IMG/VR virus record: IMGVR_UViG_3300033067_001170
Span: 1-53,799 of that record
Direction: 5' to 3' (one strand)
Origin: a virus
Lineage: Duplodnaviria; Caudoviricetes
DNA: 53,799 bases
Positions 44,794-53,799 of this stretch are shown here, in pieces. The notes below the pieces were generated by a model that was not told the origin of the DNA, did no database searches, and saw only the letters and a program-made list of their open reading frames with translations. The first letter of the stretch is position 1. The number at the start of each line of letters is the position of its first letter. The position numbers were made by a program, and so were the translations under genes.

Positions 44794-45771
44794 ATGTCTA
44801 TGGCAAATCTAGTAGACAAAATCGACAAAGCTCAAGGCGGACAAAAGTTGTCCGTACACGTAATCCAACCAACCCAAGTGAAAGTTTCTGAATTTAATTT
44901 TAGAGCTCTTCCTTATAAACACCAAGACGGTAATGACCCATTTATTATTGTGTATACACATAATAACATAGGTAAAGATGGAAAACAATTTGCATTGTGT
45001 CCAGAAGCAACCGATGGTGGATTCTGTCCTTATTGTGAAGCAGGTAGAAAAATAAAAGACAAAATGGATAAAGAAGAATGGAAAAAAATTGCTAAGAAAT
45101 TTTACCCATCAAAAACCGTATACATTCCTGGTATAGCAAGATATACTAATTCATCAGAATTAGGATTCTTAAAAGTTTCGGAATATCAAAACTTCCAAAA
45201 AGAGATTGTAGGTATTCTAACATCTAAACAATTAAAAGAATTGTTTAATATTGCTCCTGATGTTAAGTATATAACTTTATGGGATATTAAAAATGGTGTA
45301 GATTTTGTGGTTAACAAAAACGAAAAGAGTGCTAGTAGTAAGTTTGAAACTTTCACTATTAAATCTGATCTAAAATTAACCCCAGCAATTAGAACTAATG
45401 CTGAAAAAGAAATACTTGTTAACTTCATAAAAGACACTCCAAATATTGTTGCAGAGATGCGAAAAGTTTGGGGATGTAGTGATAAGATTAACGAAGCATT
45501 CATATCACAGTATCCTAAATATGCTGTACAATTTAAGTTAGTATCTCCCGATACTGAAACTGCTAACACAACACCTAATGTTGATTTGCAGGTTGATGAC
45601 TCTATATTGCCACAGACTAATAATACTGCCCCTGCGGATAACAACGAAGACCTTGATGTGTTGATCAATGAACAAATCGAATCATCATCAACTTCAGAAT
45701 CTGGTTCATCTACAACTGCTTCTCCAGAGTTAGATGATGAATACAACAAAATAATGGCAGACTTACAATAA
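44794..45771 (+). CDS. Single-stranded DNA-binding protein (T4 gp32-like)
   Basis: FRALPY, H...CP..CPYCE zinc site, D...GVDF, acidic C-terminal tail. Confidence 0.85.
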   Translation: MSMANLVDKIDKAQGGQKLSVHVIQPTQVKVSEFNFRALPYKHQDGNDPFIIVYTHNNIGKDGKQFALCPEATDGGFCPYCEAGRKIKDKMDKEEWKKIAKKFYPSKTVYIPGIARYTNSSELGFLKVSEYQNFQKEIVGILTSKQLKELFNIAPDVKYITLWDIKNGVDFVVNKNEKSASSKFETFTIKSDLKLTPAIRTNAEKEILVNFIKDTPNIVAEMRKVWGCSDKINEAFISQYPKYAVQFKLVSPDTETANTTPNVDLQVDDSILPQTNNTAPADNNEDLDVLINEQIESSSTSESGSSTTASPELDDEYNKIMADLQ

Positions 45772-45782
45772 CATTCAATAAT

Positions 45783-45810
45783 AAAGGGCACTTACCTAAG
45801 TGCCTTTTAT
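45783..45810 (+). terminator. Probable intrinsic terminator
   Basis: AGGGCACTT-ACCT-AAGTGCCTT followed by a short T tract. Confidence 0.6.
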
Positions 45811-45830
45811 ACTATTCTAGGAGATAACAC

Positions 45831-47048
45831 ATGGCTAAAGATAAAAAAACAAAAATTTTGTCTGGAGATGATCTATATAATGAGTATCTGCAACAAAATA
45901 TGGAAATTTATAATGAGTTATTAAAAGAAGGAATAGACATAACTGAGGTATCTGATGTTGATATTAATAAAGTTGATAGTTTTATTTCTACAGGTTCTTT
46001 TTTATTAGATGCAAGCATAACTAATTCTTCCGTTGGTGCTGATGGGAAATTAAAGTTAGGTATAGCTGGTGGTAAGATAGCATATTTTTCTGGTGAGGAA
46101 TCAACAGGTAAATCCATAATGGCGGCTCATATATTAAAAAATGCCCAATCTCAAGGAGCTATTTGTGCATATATAGATGGTGAACAAGCAGTCAATAAAG
46201 AATTATTTAAAAATATTGGTGTTAGTTTTGATAAAAATAAATTGATATATTCTGAATGTAACGTTGTTGAGAAAAATTTTCAACTAATAGAAAAAATTGT
46301 TAGTACTATAGCATCATCTAAAATTCCAGAGCAATTAGGTCTTATAGTTTGGGATTCTATTGCATCAACAACAACAATAGATGAATTAGAATCTGAATAT
46401 GGTGATAAGAGTTATGGACATTTAGCAAAACAAATGTCTTTAGGATTTAGAAAAGTAATACGAATGATAAATAAACATAATGTTGCCATTGTGTTTACTA
46501 ATCAATTGCGTGAAAATCTTAAAATGAAAAATATGTATGATGACCCATTTATAGAACCTGGTGGTAAAGCAGTACATTTTTATTCTAGTCTATCGTTAAG
46601 ATTGCTTAAACCTACGAAGTCTGATAGAATTCTAAACTCTAAAGGTCAACAAATAGGTACTGCTGTTAAGATACGATTTAAGAAAAATAGATATGGTCCA
46701 CCACAAAACGATCTTCATTTTAACTTATACTATGGTAGAGGAATTGATGATGATGCTAATTTATATTATTGGTTAAAGGATAAAAAATTCTTAACATCTA
46801 GAGTTCCTAACAGCACAATAAAACTACCTGTGCAGGGATTTGAAGATTATAAGTTTGCAACTAGAGATTGGAAAAAACTTTTATCTGATAGTGATGGTGA
46901 AGTTAGAAATAGACTCAGACAATTTGCTGTAGATGAAATTCGTATAAATCTTAATGATGATAACTTTTATGATTCTGATGAAAATGATGGCGGGTTAGCA
47001 GAAGCAGAAAAAGAGTTAACGGATGAAATCACGAAAACTAGTAAGTAA
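45831..47048 (+). CDS. uvsX: RecA/UvsX recombinase
   Basis: ISTGSFLLD, GEESTGKS, WDSIA, FTNQLR, PGGKA..FYSS, KNRYGPP. Confidence 0.92.
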   Translation: MAKDKKTKILSGDDLYNEYLQQNMEIYNELLKEGIDITEVSDVDINKVDSFISTGSFLLDASITNSSVGADGKLKLGIAGGKIAYFSGEESTGKSIMAAHILKNAQSQGAICAYIDGEQAVNKELFKNIGVSFDKNKLIYSECNVVEKNFQLIEKIVSTIASSKIPEQLGLIVWDSIASTTTIDELESEYGDKSYGHLAKQMSLGFRKVIRMINKHNVAIVFTNQLRENLKMKNMYDDPFIEPGGKAVHFYSSLSLRLLKPTKSDRILNSKGQQIGTAVKIRFKKNRYGPPQNDLHFNLYYGRGIDDDANLYYWLKDKKFLTSRVPNSTIKLPVQGFEDYKFATRDWKKLLSDSDGEVRNRLRQFAVDEIRINLNDDNFYDSDENDGGLAEAEKELTDEITKTSK

Positions 47049-47286
47049 GTGGTCTGCTGTTACAGAAGAATTATTACATGATATAGAATATGAAAGTGTG
47101 TGTAGTAAAATTGCTGAACAAATTCAAAAAGAAATAGATGAAGAAATTTTAAGTACTTTATTTGATATTGCGAGAGTTACCATAAATGGCAAAAACTATA
47201 TATTAAATTCGTACAGAGGCATGGTAGATAATTCTGATAATTTAGAATATATAAATATAATATGTGAATTGAATAAAAAATTATGA
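47023..47286 (+). CDS. Small protein resembling a gp23 major capsid segment
   Basis: KSRKLVSKWS...IAEQIQKEIDEEILSTL. Confidence 0.6.
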   Translation: MKSRKLVSKWSAVTEELLHDIEYESVCSKIAEQIQKEIDEEILSTLFDIARVTINGKNYILNSYRGMVDNSDNLEYINIICELNKKL

Positions 47287-48050
47287 TACATAAATTACTA
47301 AAGGGCGACGTTTTTAATGAACTTGAAAAGTTGCCCGATAGTATTTTTGATCTGATAATTTGTGATGGTCCTTACGATGCTGTAAATTGTTCAAGTAAGT
47401 GGGATAGTGTAAAGTTTATTCATGAGTATAACTTAAAACTTATACATTTATTCTCCACCAAATTAAAACAAGGTGGTTCTTTATATATGTTTGGTAAGCA
47501 TAATGCTATTGATAATATAAATTATAGTAATTATCTGCAACTAAACAATAGAATAATATGGGTTATATCTTCAAGACTTAGACAAAGCAAATACAGATAT
47601 ACTAACAATTATGATGTTATATTCTTTTTTTCTAAAGGAGCACCTAAAACATTTAACTTAGATAGTATACGAGTTCCACAACAAACTAAATATATATCAT
47701 CTGTAGAATCATCTCCATCGGTTAAAGATGGTAAATTTAATAAAACTAAATATAATCCTGATGGTAAAAATCCAGGAGATGTTTGGTCAGATATAAAAGC
47801 ATTAACATATAGAAGTAATGAGTTATTGTCTAAAGAATTACACACAATCCAAAAACCAGAAAAACTTATAGAACGACTTATGTTAGCCAGTTCAAATGTT
47901 GGTGATGTTGTATTAGATGCATTTTCTGGTACAGGAACTACATCTGCCGTTGCAAAAAAATTAAAAAGACATTCAGTAGCTATTGAAAATGATGATAAAA
48001 TGTATTATATTATACAAGATAGGCTGAAAAATTATGACAACTCTAATTAA
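47283..48050 (+). CDS. DNA methyltransferase (N6-A/N4-C)
   Basis: DGPY (DPPY variant), HTIQKP, DAFSGTGTT. Confidence 0.85.
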   Translation: MIHKLLKGDVFNELEKLPDSIFDLIICDGPYDAVNCSSKWDSVKFIHEYNLKLIHLFSTKLKQGGSLYMFGKHNAIDNINYSNYLQLNNRIIWVISSRLRQSKYRYTNNYDVIFFFSKGAPKTFNLDSIRVPQQTKYISSVESSPSVKDGKFNKTKYNPDGKNPGDVWSDIKALTYRSNELLSKELHTIQKPEKLIERLMLASSNVGDVVLDAFSGTGTTSAVAKKLKRHSVAIENDDKMYYIIQDRLKNYDNSN

Positions 48051-48336
48051 CATTAAACAAAATAAAAAATATGATATTTATATAGGAAGACCTTCTAAGT
48101 GGGGTAATCCATACAGTCATAAAATAGGAACAAGAGCAAAGTTTTTAGTTTCAAGTGTTGACGAAGCAGTTGAGAAGTATGAAGAATATGCTAGAAATAA
48201 TCCTGAGATAATGAATTCTTTAGATGAATTAGATGGTAAGATTTTAGGGTGTTGGTGTTGTCCAAGTAAATGTCATGGTGATATTTTAATAAAACTTATA
48301 AATGAAAAAAATAACACTCTTAAAAAATTCCAATAA
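48034..48336 (+). CDS. DUF4326-family protein
   Basis: YDIYIGRPSKWGNPY...L.GK.LGCWC.P..CHGD. Confidence 0.88.
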   Translation: MTTLINIKQNKKYDIYIGRPSKWGNPYSHKIGTRAKFLVSSVDEAVEKYEEYARNNPEIMNSLDELDGKILGCWCCPSKCHGDILIKLINEKNNTLKKFQ

Positions 48337-48601
48337 GACTGAAGATAAATTACTTTATGTTATGTTAAAATATAATATAAGTAATAGTACATCTAGTAGT
48401 ATTCATAGATTTGTTATGGATACAGGGTGGGTATCCTTTGGATATAGAAAAAAGATAGAACAAGATGATGTGTTAAATTATCCGTATACTTGGATACAAT
48501 ATGCATTACAAAGATTGAGAAAAAGAAAAATAGTTCAATGTTATGGACAACGATGGTACATAAATAAAGAAATATTCACATGTAAATTGAAAAAAATATG
48601 A
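48302..48601 (+). CDS. Hypothetical protein with C-terminal CKLK motif
   Basis: Ends IFTCKLKKI. Confidence 0.65.
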   Translation: MKKITLLKNSNKTEDKLLYVMLKYNISNSTSSSIHRFVMDTGWVSFGYRKKIEQDDVLNYPYTWIQYALQRLRKRKIVQCYGQRWYINKEIFTCKLKKI

Positions 48602-48762
48602 CAGAAGATGAAAAAATACAAATTATTGATGAAATAGGTTCTATAACATCTAATTCTATAATAATAAATATGTGTGAGTTTAAAGAAATAATACCAGTAA
48701 AATATAAACATAGACCGTTAGGAAAAGTAGCATGCAAACTCAAGAAGAAAAATATAAAATAG
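48598..48762 (+). CDS. Small hypothetical protein (54 aa, absent from ORF track) with C-terminal CKLK motif
   Basis: MTEDEKIQIIDE...PLGKVACKLKKKNIK*; ATGA overlap with previous gene. Confidence 0.6.
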   Translation: MTEDEKIQIIDEIGSITSNSIIINMCEFKEIIPVKYKHRPLGKVACKLKKKNIK

Positions 48763-49718
48763 TAATAATTGATGGAACTAATTTTTTTATTAGGTATTTC
48801 TCAGCAGATACTAAAAGTTTAGATGATTTTGGAATGCCGTGTGGCGGATTTGCTGGAGTATTGAAAGGATTACGTACTATTTTAAGAGAATTAAACCCAC
48901 ATGAAGTTATAATGGTGTTTGATGGTAAGGATAATAGTAAAAGAAAGCAAAAAGTTGATGAACAATACAAGCAAGGTAAGAAATATAGCTTTATAGAAGT
49001 ACTTCCGCAAGAAAATAGAACACTATTCAATAAACAGATGGCAAAATTACTTATTGTGTTGAAATATTTACCTATAAAAGTATTTGCTGTCGATAATGTT
49101 GAAGCTGATGATGTTATGGGATACATTATTCACATCATTAATAAACGAAAAGATAATACTGAAATAAATATAGTATCTGCGGATGGAGATTTTCAACAAT
49201 TACTGTCTGAAAATGTTAAAATATACGATACAAAGAAAAAAGAATATGTTACCGAACAAACTTTTGAAGAATTAAATGGATTTAAGGCACAAAATTTTCA
49301 TATATTTAAAACATTCGCAGGGGAATCTAAGCAAAGAGATAATATTCCTAGAATATTTAATAAGAAAAAGATAATGGGATATTTTGAAGACATTTTAAAT
49401 AGATCAGATGTAGTACATTTACCAGAATTAATAGATTTTATAACTGATAATGATATTCCTGTTGATATTGATCGAGTAAAAAAGAATTTTGAGTTGGTCA
49501 ATTTACATGAACCTAATATATCTACCACTACAAAGATAGAAATATCAGAAGTAGTTAATAATTATAAATCAAAATCTTACGGACTATTGAACGTAAAGAC
49601 ACAAATAAAAGTTTTTGGTATAGAAGGATTAGTTTATTCTGATTTTATAGATTATTTGAATAGATATAAATTAAAAAATAATAAACTATCAAATTTTATG
49701 CTTAATGGAGACAATTAA
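48732..49718 (+). CDS. 5'-3' exonuclease / T4 RNase H-like flap endonuclease
   Basis: IIDGTN, VFDG, EADD, SADGDF, DNIP. Confidence 0.9.
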   Translation: MQTQEEKYKIVIIDGTNFFIRYFSADTKSLDDFGMPCGGFAGVLKGLRTILRELNPHEVIMVFDGKDNSKRKQKVDEQYKQGKKYSFIEVLPQENRTLFNKQMAKLLIVLKYLPIKVFAVDNVEADDVMGYIIHIINKRKDNTEINIVSADGDFQQLLSENVKIYDTKKKEYVTEQTFEELNGFKAQNFHIFKTFAGESKQRDNIPRIFNKKKIMGYFEDILNRSDVVHLPELIDFITDNDIPVDIDRVKKNFELVNLHEPNISTTTKIEISEVVNNYKSKSYGLLNVKTQIKVFGIEGLVYSDFIDYLNRYKLKNNKLSNFMLNGDN

Positions 49719-51145
49719 TGCAGATACAAAAGTCACTATCAGATAAAATTTCTTTAAGTGATATTTCGGCTCCGAGTAATGAGACATTTTCAGATAGGTA
49801 TGGTGAGAATTTTCAAACTAATTTACTTAAATCATGTGTATTAGACAATCAATTTTGGTCTAAAGTATTTTTACAACTAAATGAAAATTTATTTTCTAGA
49901 TTTCATGGGTATGTGTTTAATGAATTTGCTAATTATTTCACTAAGTATAATCATTTACCACCTAAAGATGCTGTAATATCTAAATTAAATGGTGATAAGT
50001 ATGATGAAGAGAATAAAAAATTTATAATAGATATTGTAGATGATGTATATTCATTTTCTGAAAAGACAAATCAATTAGATTATTATAAAGATGCTACTAA
50101 AGAATTTATTAGAGATAGAAATGTTAGAGAAGCATTCATAAAATGTGTAGACCTTTACAAAAAGGGAGATTATAAATCTATACCTGATGTTATTGCTGAA
50201 GCAGTTAAAGAAGTTGAATTCGATCAAAAGTTAGGATTAAATTTTTTAGAAGCAGGAGAACTGTTATCTCAAAGTTTAAAACTTGAAATGATTCCAACAC
50301 CATTTGAAGCTATCAATAATGTATTGAAGGGTGGGTTGGCAAGAAAAGAATTAGGATTAATTTTGGGTGGTACATCCGCAGGTAAATCTTGGATGTTGCA
50401 AGCTATTGGTGCTCATGCTCTTTTACAAGGTTATAATGTTTTATATTATACTTTAGAAATGTCTGATGTTTCAGTTGCCAGAAGATTTGCAAGTATAATT
50501 CAACAAAAAAGTCCAGATGATGTTACCGAACAAGACATACTTAAAATAAAAGATACGTTAAAATCTAAAGGTGTCACTAGTAGATTGTTTATTACAGAAT
50601 ATCCTACTAAATCTTGTTCAGTATCAGATTTAAAACTTAATATGAGTGCATTGTATAATTATTATTCATTTAAACCTGATCTAATTCTTATAGATTATGC
50701 TGATCTAATGAAATCCAGAACATCATATTCAGAAAAGAGACATGAATTAACAAGTATATATGAAGATTTACGAGGATTGGGTGGAGAAGCAAATGCGGGA
50801 GTTTGGACAGTATCTCAGGTTAATAGAACTGGTTACGGTAAGAAAATAATTACTGTAGAAAACATTGCTGAAGATTTTAACAAGTCTACTATTTGTGATT
50901 TTATTATGTCCGTAGGTAGAGATATTGCTAATAGAATAGGTGGTCATGCTCAAGCATTTATAGCCAAGAACAGACGAGGTAAAGATGCATTGAAATTCAA
51001 TATGGATATGAGATTTGATGAAGGTATAATAACTATGGATGTAGACCCTACAGAAGTAAATGATGTTGAAGAGTATAGAGAAAATAGACCTGATATTAGA
51101 GACGATAGAATTTTAGAAAATCTTATCGGAGATTTAGATGTATAA
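49718..51145 (+). CDS. Replicative DNA helicase (DnaB/T4 gp41-like)
   Basis: GGTSAGKS, YYTLEM, IDYADL, SQVNR, KNR. Confidence 0.92.
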   Translation: MQIQKSLSDKISLSDISAPSNETFSDRYGENFQTNLLKSCVLDNQFWSKVFLQLNENLFSRFHGYVFNEFANYFTKYNHLPPKDAVISKLNGDKYDEENKKFIIDIVDDVYSFSEKTNQLDYYKDATKEFIRDRNVREAFIKCVDLYKKGDYKSIPDVIAEAVKEVEFDQKLGLNFLEAGELLSQSLKLEMIPTPFEAINNVLKGGLARKELGLILGGTSAGKSWMLQAIGAHALLQGYNVLYYTLEMSDVSVARRFASIIQQKSPDDVTEQDILKIKDTLKSKGVTSRLFITEYPTKSCSVSDLKLNMSALYNYYSFKPDLILIDYADLMKSRTSYSEKRHELTSIYEDLRGLGGEANAGVWTVSQVNRTGYGKKIITVENIAEDFNKSTICDFIMSVGRDIANRIGGHAQAFIAKNRRGKDALKFNMDMRFDEGIITMDVDPTEVNDVEEYRENRPDIRDDRILENLIGDLDV

Positions 51146-51560
51146 TATGAAACCTAAAACATATGTTAAATATAAAAATGGAGATTATGGTGAGTACAAT
51201 GTTGGAAAGTCATATCCATTAGAGAATCCAGGAATTACATTAACTCATGATGATTTAAGATGTGTGGGTATAGGTGAAGATATAATATATGGTCAATGTT
51301 TTATAATAAATAGAGATAAGTATAAAAACCCAGATAACTTTAATATTGTAGAAGTATACAAGTTTACTATTGTGCAATGTATAAAAGTAGTACACAAATT
51401 ATCAGGTAAAATTATATATAAAGATTATGATGAAAGTCTTGAAGGTAGTATTACTAAATCTAAAAAAATAATGGATATGATTGATAAAACTAAAGATGTT
51501 ATATTTTCGGAAGGATTACCAAATTCAATTTATAGAAATTACATATTAGCATACGAATAA
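51138..51560 (+). CDS. Hypothetical protein
   Basis: ORF in operon. Confidence 0.65.
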   Translation: MYNMKPKTYVKYKNGDYGEYNVGKSYPLENPGITLTHDDLRCVGIGEDIIYGQCFIINRDKYKNPDNFNIVEVYKFTIVQCIKVVHKLSGKIIYKDYDESLEGSITKSKKIMDMIDKTKDVIFSEGLPNSIYRNYILAYE

Positions 51561-51577
51561 AAAATTAAGAGGATAAA

Positions 51578-52462
51578 ATGAAAAAATATATTTATATGGA
51601 TTGTGAATCTAAAAATGACCCATCACTTATGGGTTGGAAAAATTTTAAGATGCATGACATGTCCGTTGGTGTTATAGGTGTTCCTAAAATAAATACTAAA
51701 CCGTTAGATGAAAACGCTCAAATGGTATCTCACCTATTTCCACAAAATTCAGATTTAGAATATCTACCATATTATGATGCTAAATTAATGTTTGGTGCTA
51801 TTAAAAAGTTTGTAGATAATGGATTTACTGTTGTCGGATATAATACTAAATTGTATGATAATAATTTGATTGCTCATTTGTGTGGTGAGATGGATGCTAG
51901 ACAATATTTAGATGTTGCCATTGGTGGGAATAAAGGAGATACTAAATGGAAAGATGTTGAAGATGGGTATTTAGATTTTTTGATCAATAAACAAGTTGGT
52001 GCTTGGGAAATAGCTAAAGCAGTAAAAGATTATAAACAGAATAAAATGGATAATCATCTTTTAGGTGAATCTGATGAATTGAAATATACTAGTGATATTA
52101 AACAGTTTTTAGATGAAAATTCATTTGATATTATGAATGAAATGGCAAATATTACAGGGGCAAAGTGGGTTTCTCCATTTGATTTGGTTTGCAGTCTAAC
52201 TTTAGGGTATGGAAAGTCGGATGATGGTGCAAAAGTGCCCGAAATGTATGCTAATGGTGAATTAGACAAGATTACAAAGTATTGTATCCATGATGTTAGA
52301 TTATCGTGGTTACTACATACCTTCCTAATGAAGTATAAATACGTGCTGATGCCACAATTTAAGGATATCCCTAATCTTACCCTTCATCAGGTAATTAAAG
52401 TGCCATTTGACGGTTCTGTGAAGAAATTTAATGGTGAATTTATACACTTTTCAGAAATATAG
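51578..52462 (+). CDS. RNase H-fold (DEDD/YprB-like) exonuclease
   Basis: MDCES, VGYNTKLYD, YCIHDV. Confidence 0.75.
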   Translation: MKKYIYMDCESKNDPSLMGWKNFKMHDMSVGVIGVPKINTKPLDENAQMVSHLFPQNSDLEYLPYYDAKLMFGAIKKFVDNGFTVVGYNTKLYDNNLIAHLCGEMDARQYLDVAIGGNKGDTKWKDVEDGYLDFLINKQVGAWEIAKAVKDYKQNKMDNHLLGESDELKYTSDIKQFLDENSFDIMNEMANITGAKWVSPFDLVCSLTLGYGKSDDGAKVPEMYANGELDKITKYCIHDVRLSWLLHTFLMKYKYVLMPQFKDIPNLTLHQVIKVPFDGSVKKFNGEFIHFSEI

Positions 52463-52491
52463 TTGACTTTTAATTGAAAAAATATTATATT
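52463..52491 (+). promoter_or_regulatory. Sigma70-type promoter
   Basis: TTGACT-17-TATATT. Confidence 0.75.
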
Positions 52492-52519
52492 TATATAAAA
52501 TGAATAATAAAAGTAATAT

Positions 52520-52918
52520 ATGATAAGTCCAGATGGGTCATTAATTTACATTGAAAATTTTAAAATGTTAAACTCATTTTTGAATAATTCGGAAGAGTTA
52601 GCAAAATATCGAACTAAATTGAGTGAAAATAAGTTTGCTGTGAATGGGATGCTGATTAATAAGGTGGGAGGATTTTGGTGTGTTAGTTTTTTAGCACCAG
52701 AAAGATTATCTCCTAAAACGTGGGTATTAGCTACAAAACCTGTAATACACGAATTTAAAGGATTATTTAGAGAAATATTAACAGATAAAAATATATTACT
52801 TCCATATTTCTTAAAATTTTCCAATAAAATTGATGATGGAATATTAATAAATTTAGAAGCAAAGAATTTCATAAATAAAATTTTTTCAGAAGCCAGTAAT
52901 TTCATAGAAGAAGCATAA
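52520..52918 (+). CDS. Hypothetical protein
   Basis: ORF after promoter. Confidence 0.65.
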   Translation: MISPDGSLIYIENFKMLNSFLNNSEELAKYRTKLSENKFAVNGMLINKVGGFWCVSFLAPERLSPKTWVLATKPVIHEFKGLFREILTDKNILLPYFLKFSNKIDDGILINLEAKNFINKIFSEASNFIEEA

Positions 52919-53004
52919 TGGTGAGAATTTCTTTACAAGTTACAAAAAGTTATGTGGTTATGTTTCACAATTTCTTTGTTAGTACTGGCTTTTCATTTTA
53001 AAAT

Positions 53005-53604
53005 ATGTATACTCATATAATATATAAATTAACATTTCCTAATAATAAAATTTATATTGGGCAAACTAGTTTAGATTTTAACATTAGATTAAATTGCCAC
53101 AAATCTAGTGCATATAATAGTAATTTAAATAGATATATACATAATGCAATTAAAAAATATGGTTGGGATAATATTGTAAAGGAAATTATATGTACAGTTT
53201 CATCTGAATTTTCAGATGATGCTGAAAAATATTTCATTAATAAATATAGTTGTAATGACATACGTTTTGGTTATAATTTAACTGGTGGGGGTAAACAAAA
53301 TTACAAAATGTCAGATAATTTAGTTAAAATCTCAAATATAACTAAAGTTAATACTAAAGAGACTAATAAAAAAATAAGTATTTCTATGCGTGGCAGAAAA
53401 CAATCTAACGAACATATTGAAAACGCCAGTAAAACAAGATATAAATCAATTAATATGTACGATAAATCTAATAACTTTATAAAAACTTTTGAATCTACTG
53501 TTCAAGCATCCGCAGAATTAAATATATTTACGCAAGCGATTTGTGGAGTTTTAAAAAATAGAAGAAAAACTACTAATGGGTATATTTTTTCATATACTAA
53601 GTAG
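53005..53604 (+). CDS. GIY-YIG homing endonuclease with NUMOD-type DNA-binding tail
   Basis: IIYK...YIGQT, R...H, E...I, GYNLT, KKIS..M.G, F.S...A C-terminal HTH. Confidence 0.88.
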   Translation: MYTHIIYKLTFPNNKIYIGQTSLDFNIRLNCHKSSAYNSNLNRYIHNAIKKYGWDNIVKEIICTVSSEFSDDAEKYFINKYSCNDIRFGYNLTGGGKQNYKMSDNLVKISNITKVNTKETNKKISISMRGRKQSNEHIENASKTRYKSINMYDKSNNFIKTFESTVQASAELNIFTQAICGVLKNRRKTTNGYIFSYTK

Positions 53605-53645
53605 AAATTTTTCTTTGTTATTGTCTGCTTCTATCGTTTTAAAAT

Positions 53646-53799
53646 GTGAATAATGATATTATAAAATATGAATATGTCAAAACTAAAATGGAAATACTCA
53701 GTATGGGATTCCGTATAGGTTTGGAACAAATTCCGTTTGAGGTGTGGGACAAATGTTATCATAATAAATATAATTACAACAAAAAAACTAAACAATATG
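53646..53799 (+). CDS. Partial hypothetical protein (runs off the window)
   Basis: GTG start, open to window end (VNNDIIKYEY...). Confidence 0.4.
   Translation, partial: MNNDIIKYEYVKTKMEILSMGFRIGLEQIPFEVWDKCYHNKYNYNKKTKQY

Noticed and set aside
45186-45791. 201-aa antisense ORF and similar antisense ORFs across PolB, MTases and helicases
   Set aside because: Shadow frames opposite well-supported genes, without motifs.

Overview
AT-rich segment of a large T4-like (jumbo-type) dsDNA bacteriophage genome in the standard genetic code. Genes run on the minus strand to about 28.0 kb and on the plus strand afterwards, diverging from back-to-back promoters. It encodes a replication and recombination set: family B polymerase, sliding clamp, both clamp-loader subunits, gp32-like SSB, UvsX/RecA, gp41/DnaB helicase, a 5'-3' exonuclease, a divergent PolA, and an SNF2 helicase carrying a class 3 intein. 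It also has class II RNR, four DNA methyltransferases, three glycosyltransferases, four free-standing homing endonucleases, 15 tRNA genes, a tmRNA, two candidate structured ncRNAs and an RNA end-healing/sealing module (Rnl1, a second RNA ligase, Pnkp). The most striking observation is an apparent leader-peptide transcription attenuator (30031-30205) in front of the main tRNA array. Residues 4-18 of its 20-aa leader use only, and all of, the seven amino acids (T, L, Y, C, G, A, D) served by the nine downstream tRNAs, and the RNA has mutually exclusive 1:2, 2:3 and 3:4 hairpins. This suggests a sensor that switches on phage tRNAs when host tRNAs are depleted or cleaved. Other leads are a shared C-terminal CK[LI]K tag on about nine unrelated proteins, clamp-binding-like tails on three methyltransferases, and two mini-proteins resembling a major capsid segment. 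All calls come from reading the sequence by eye; no searches were run.
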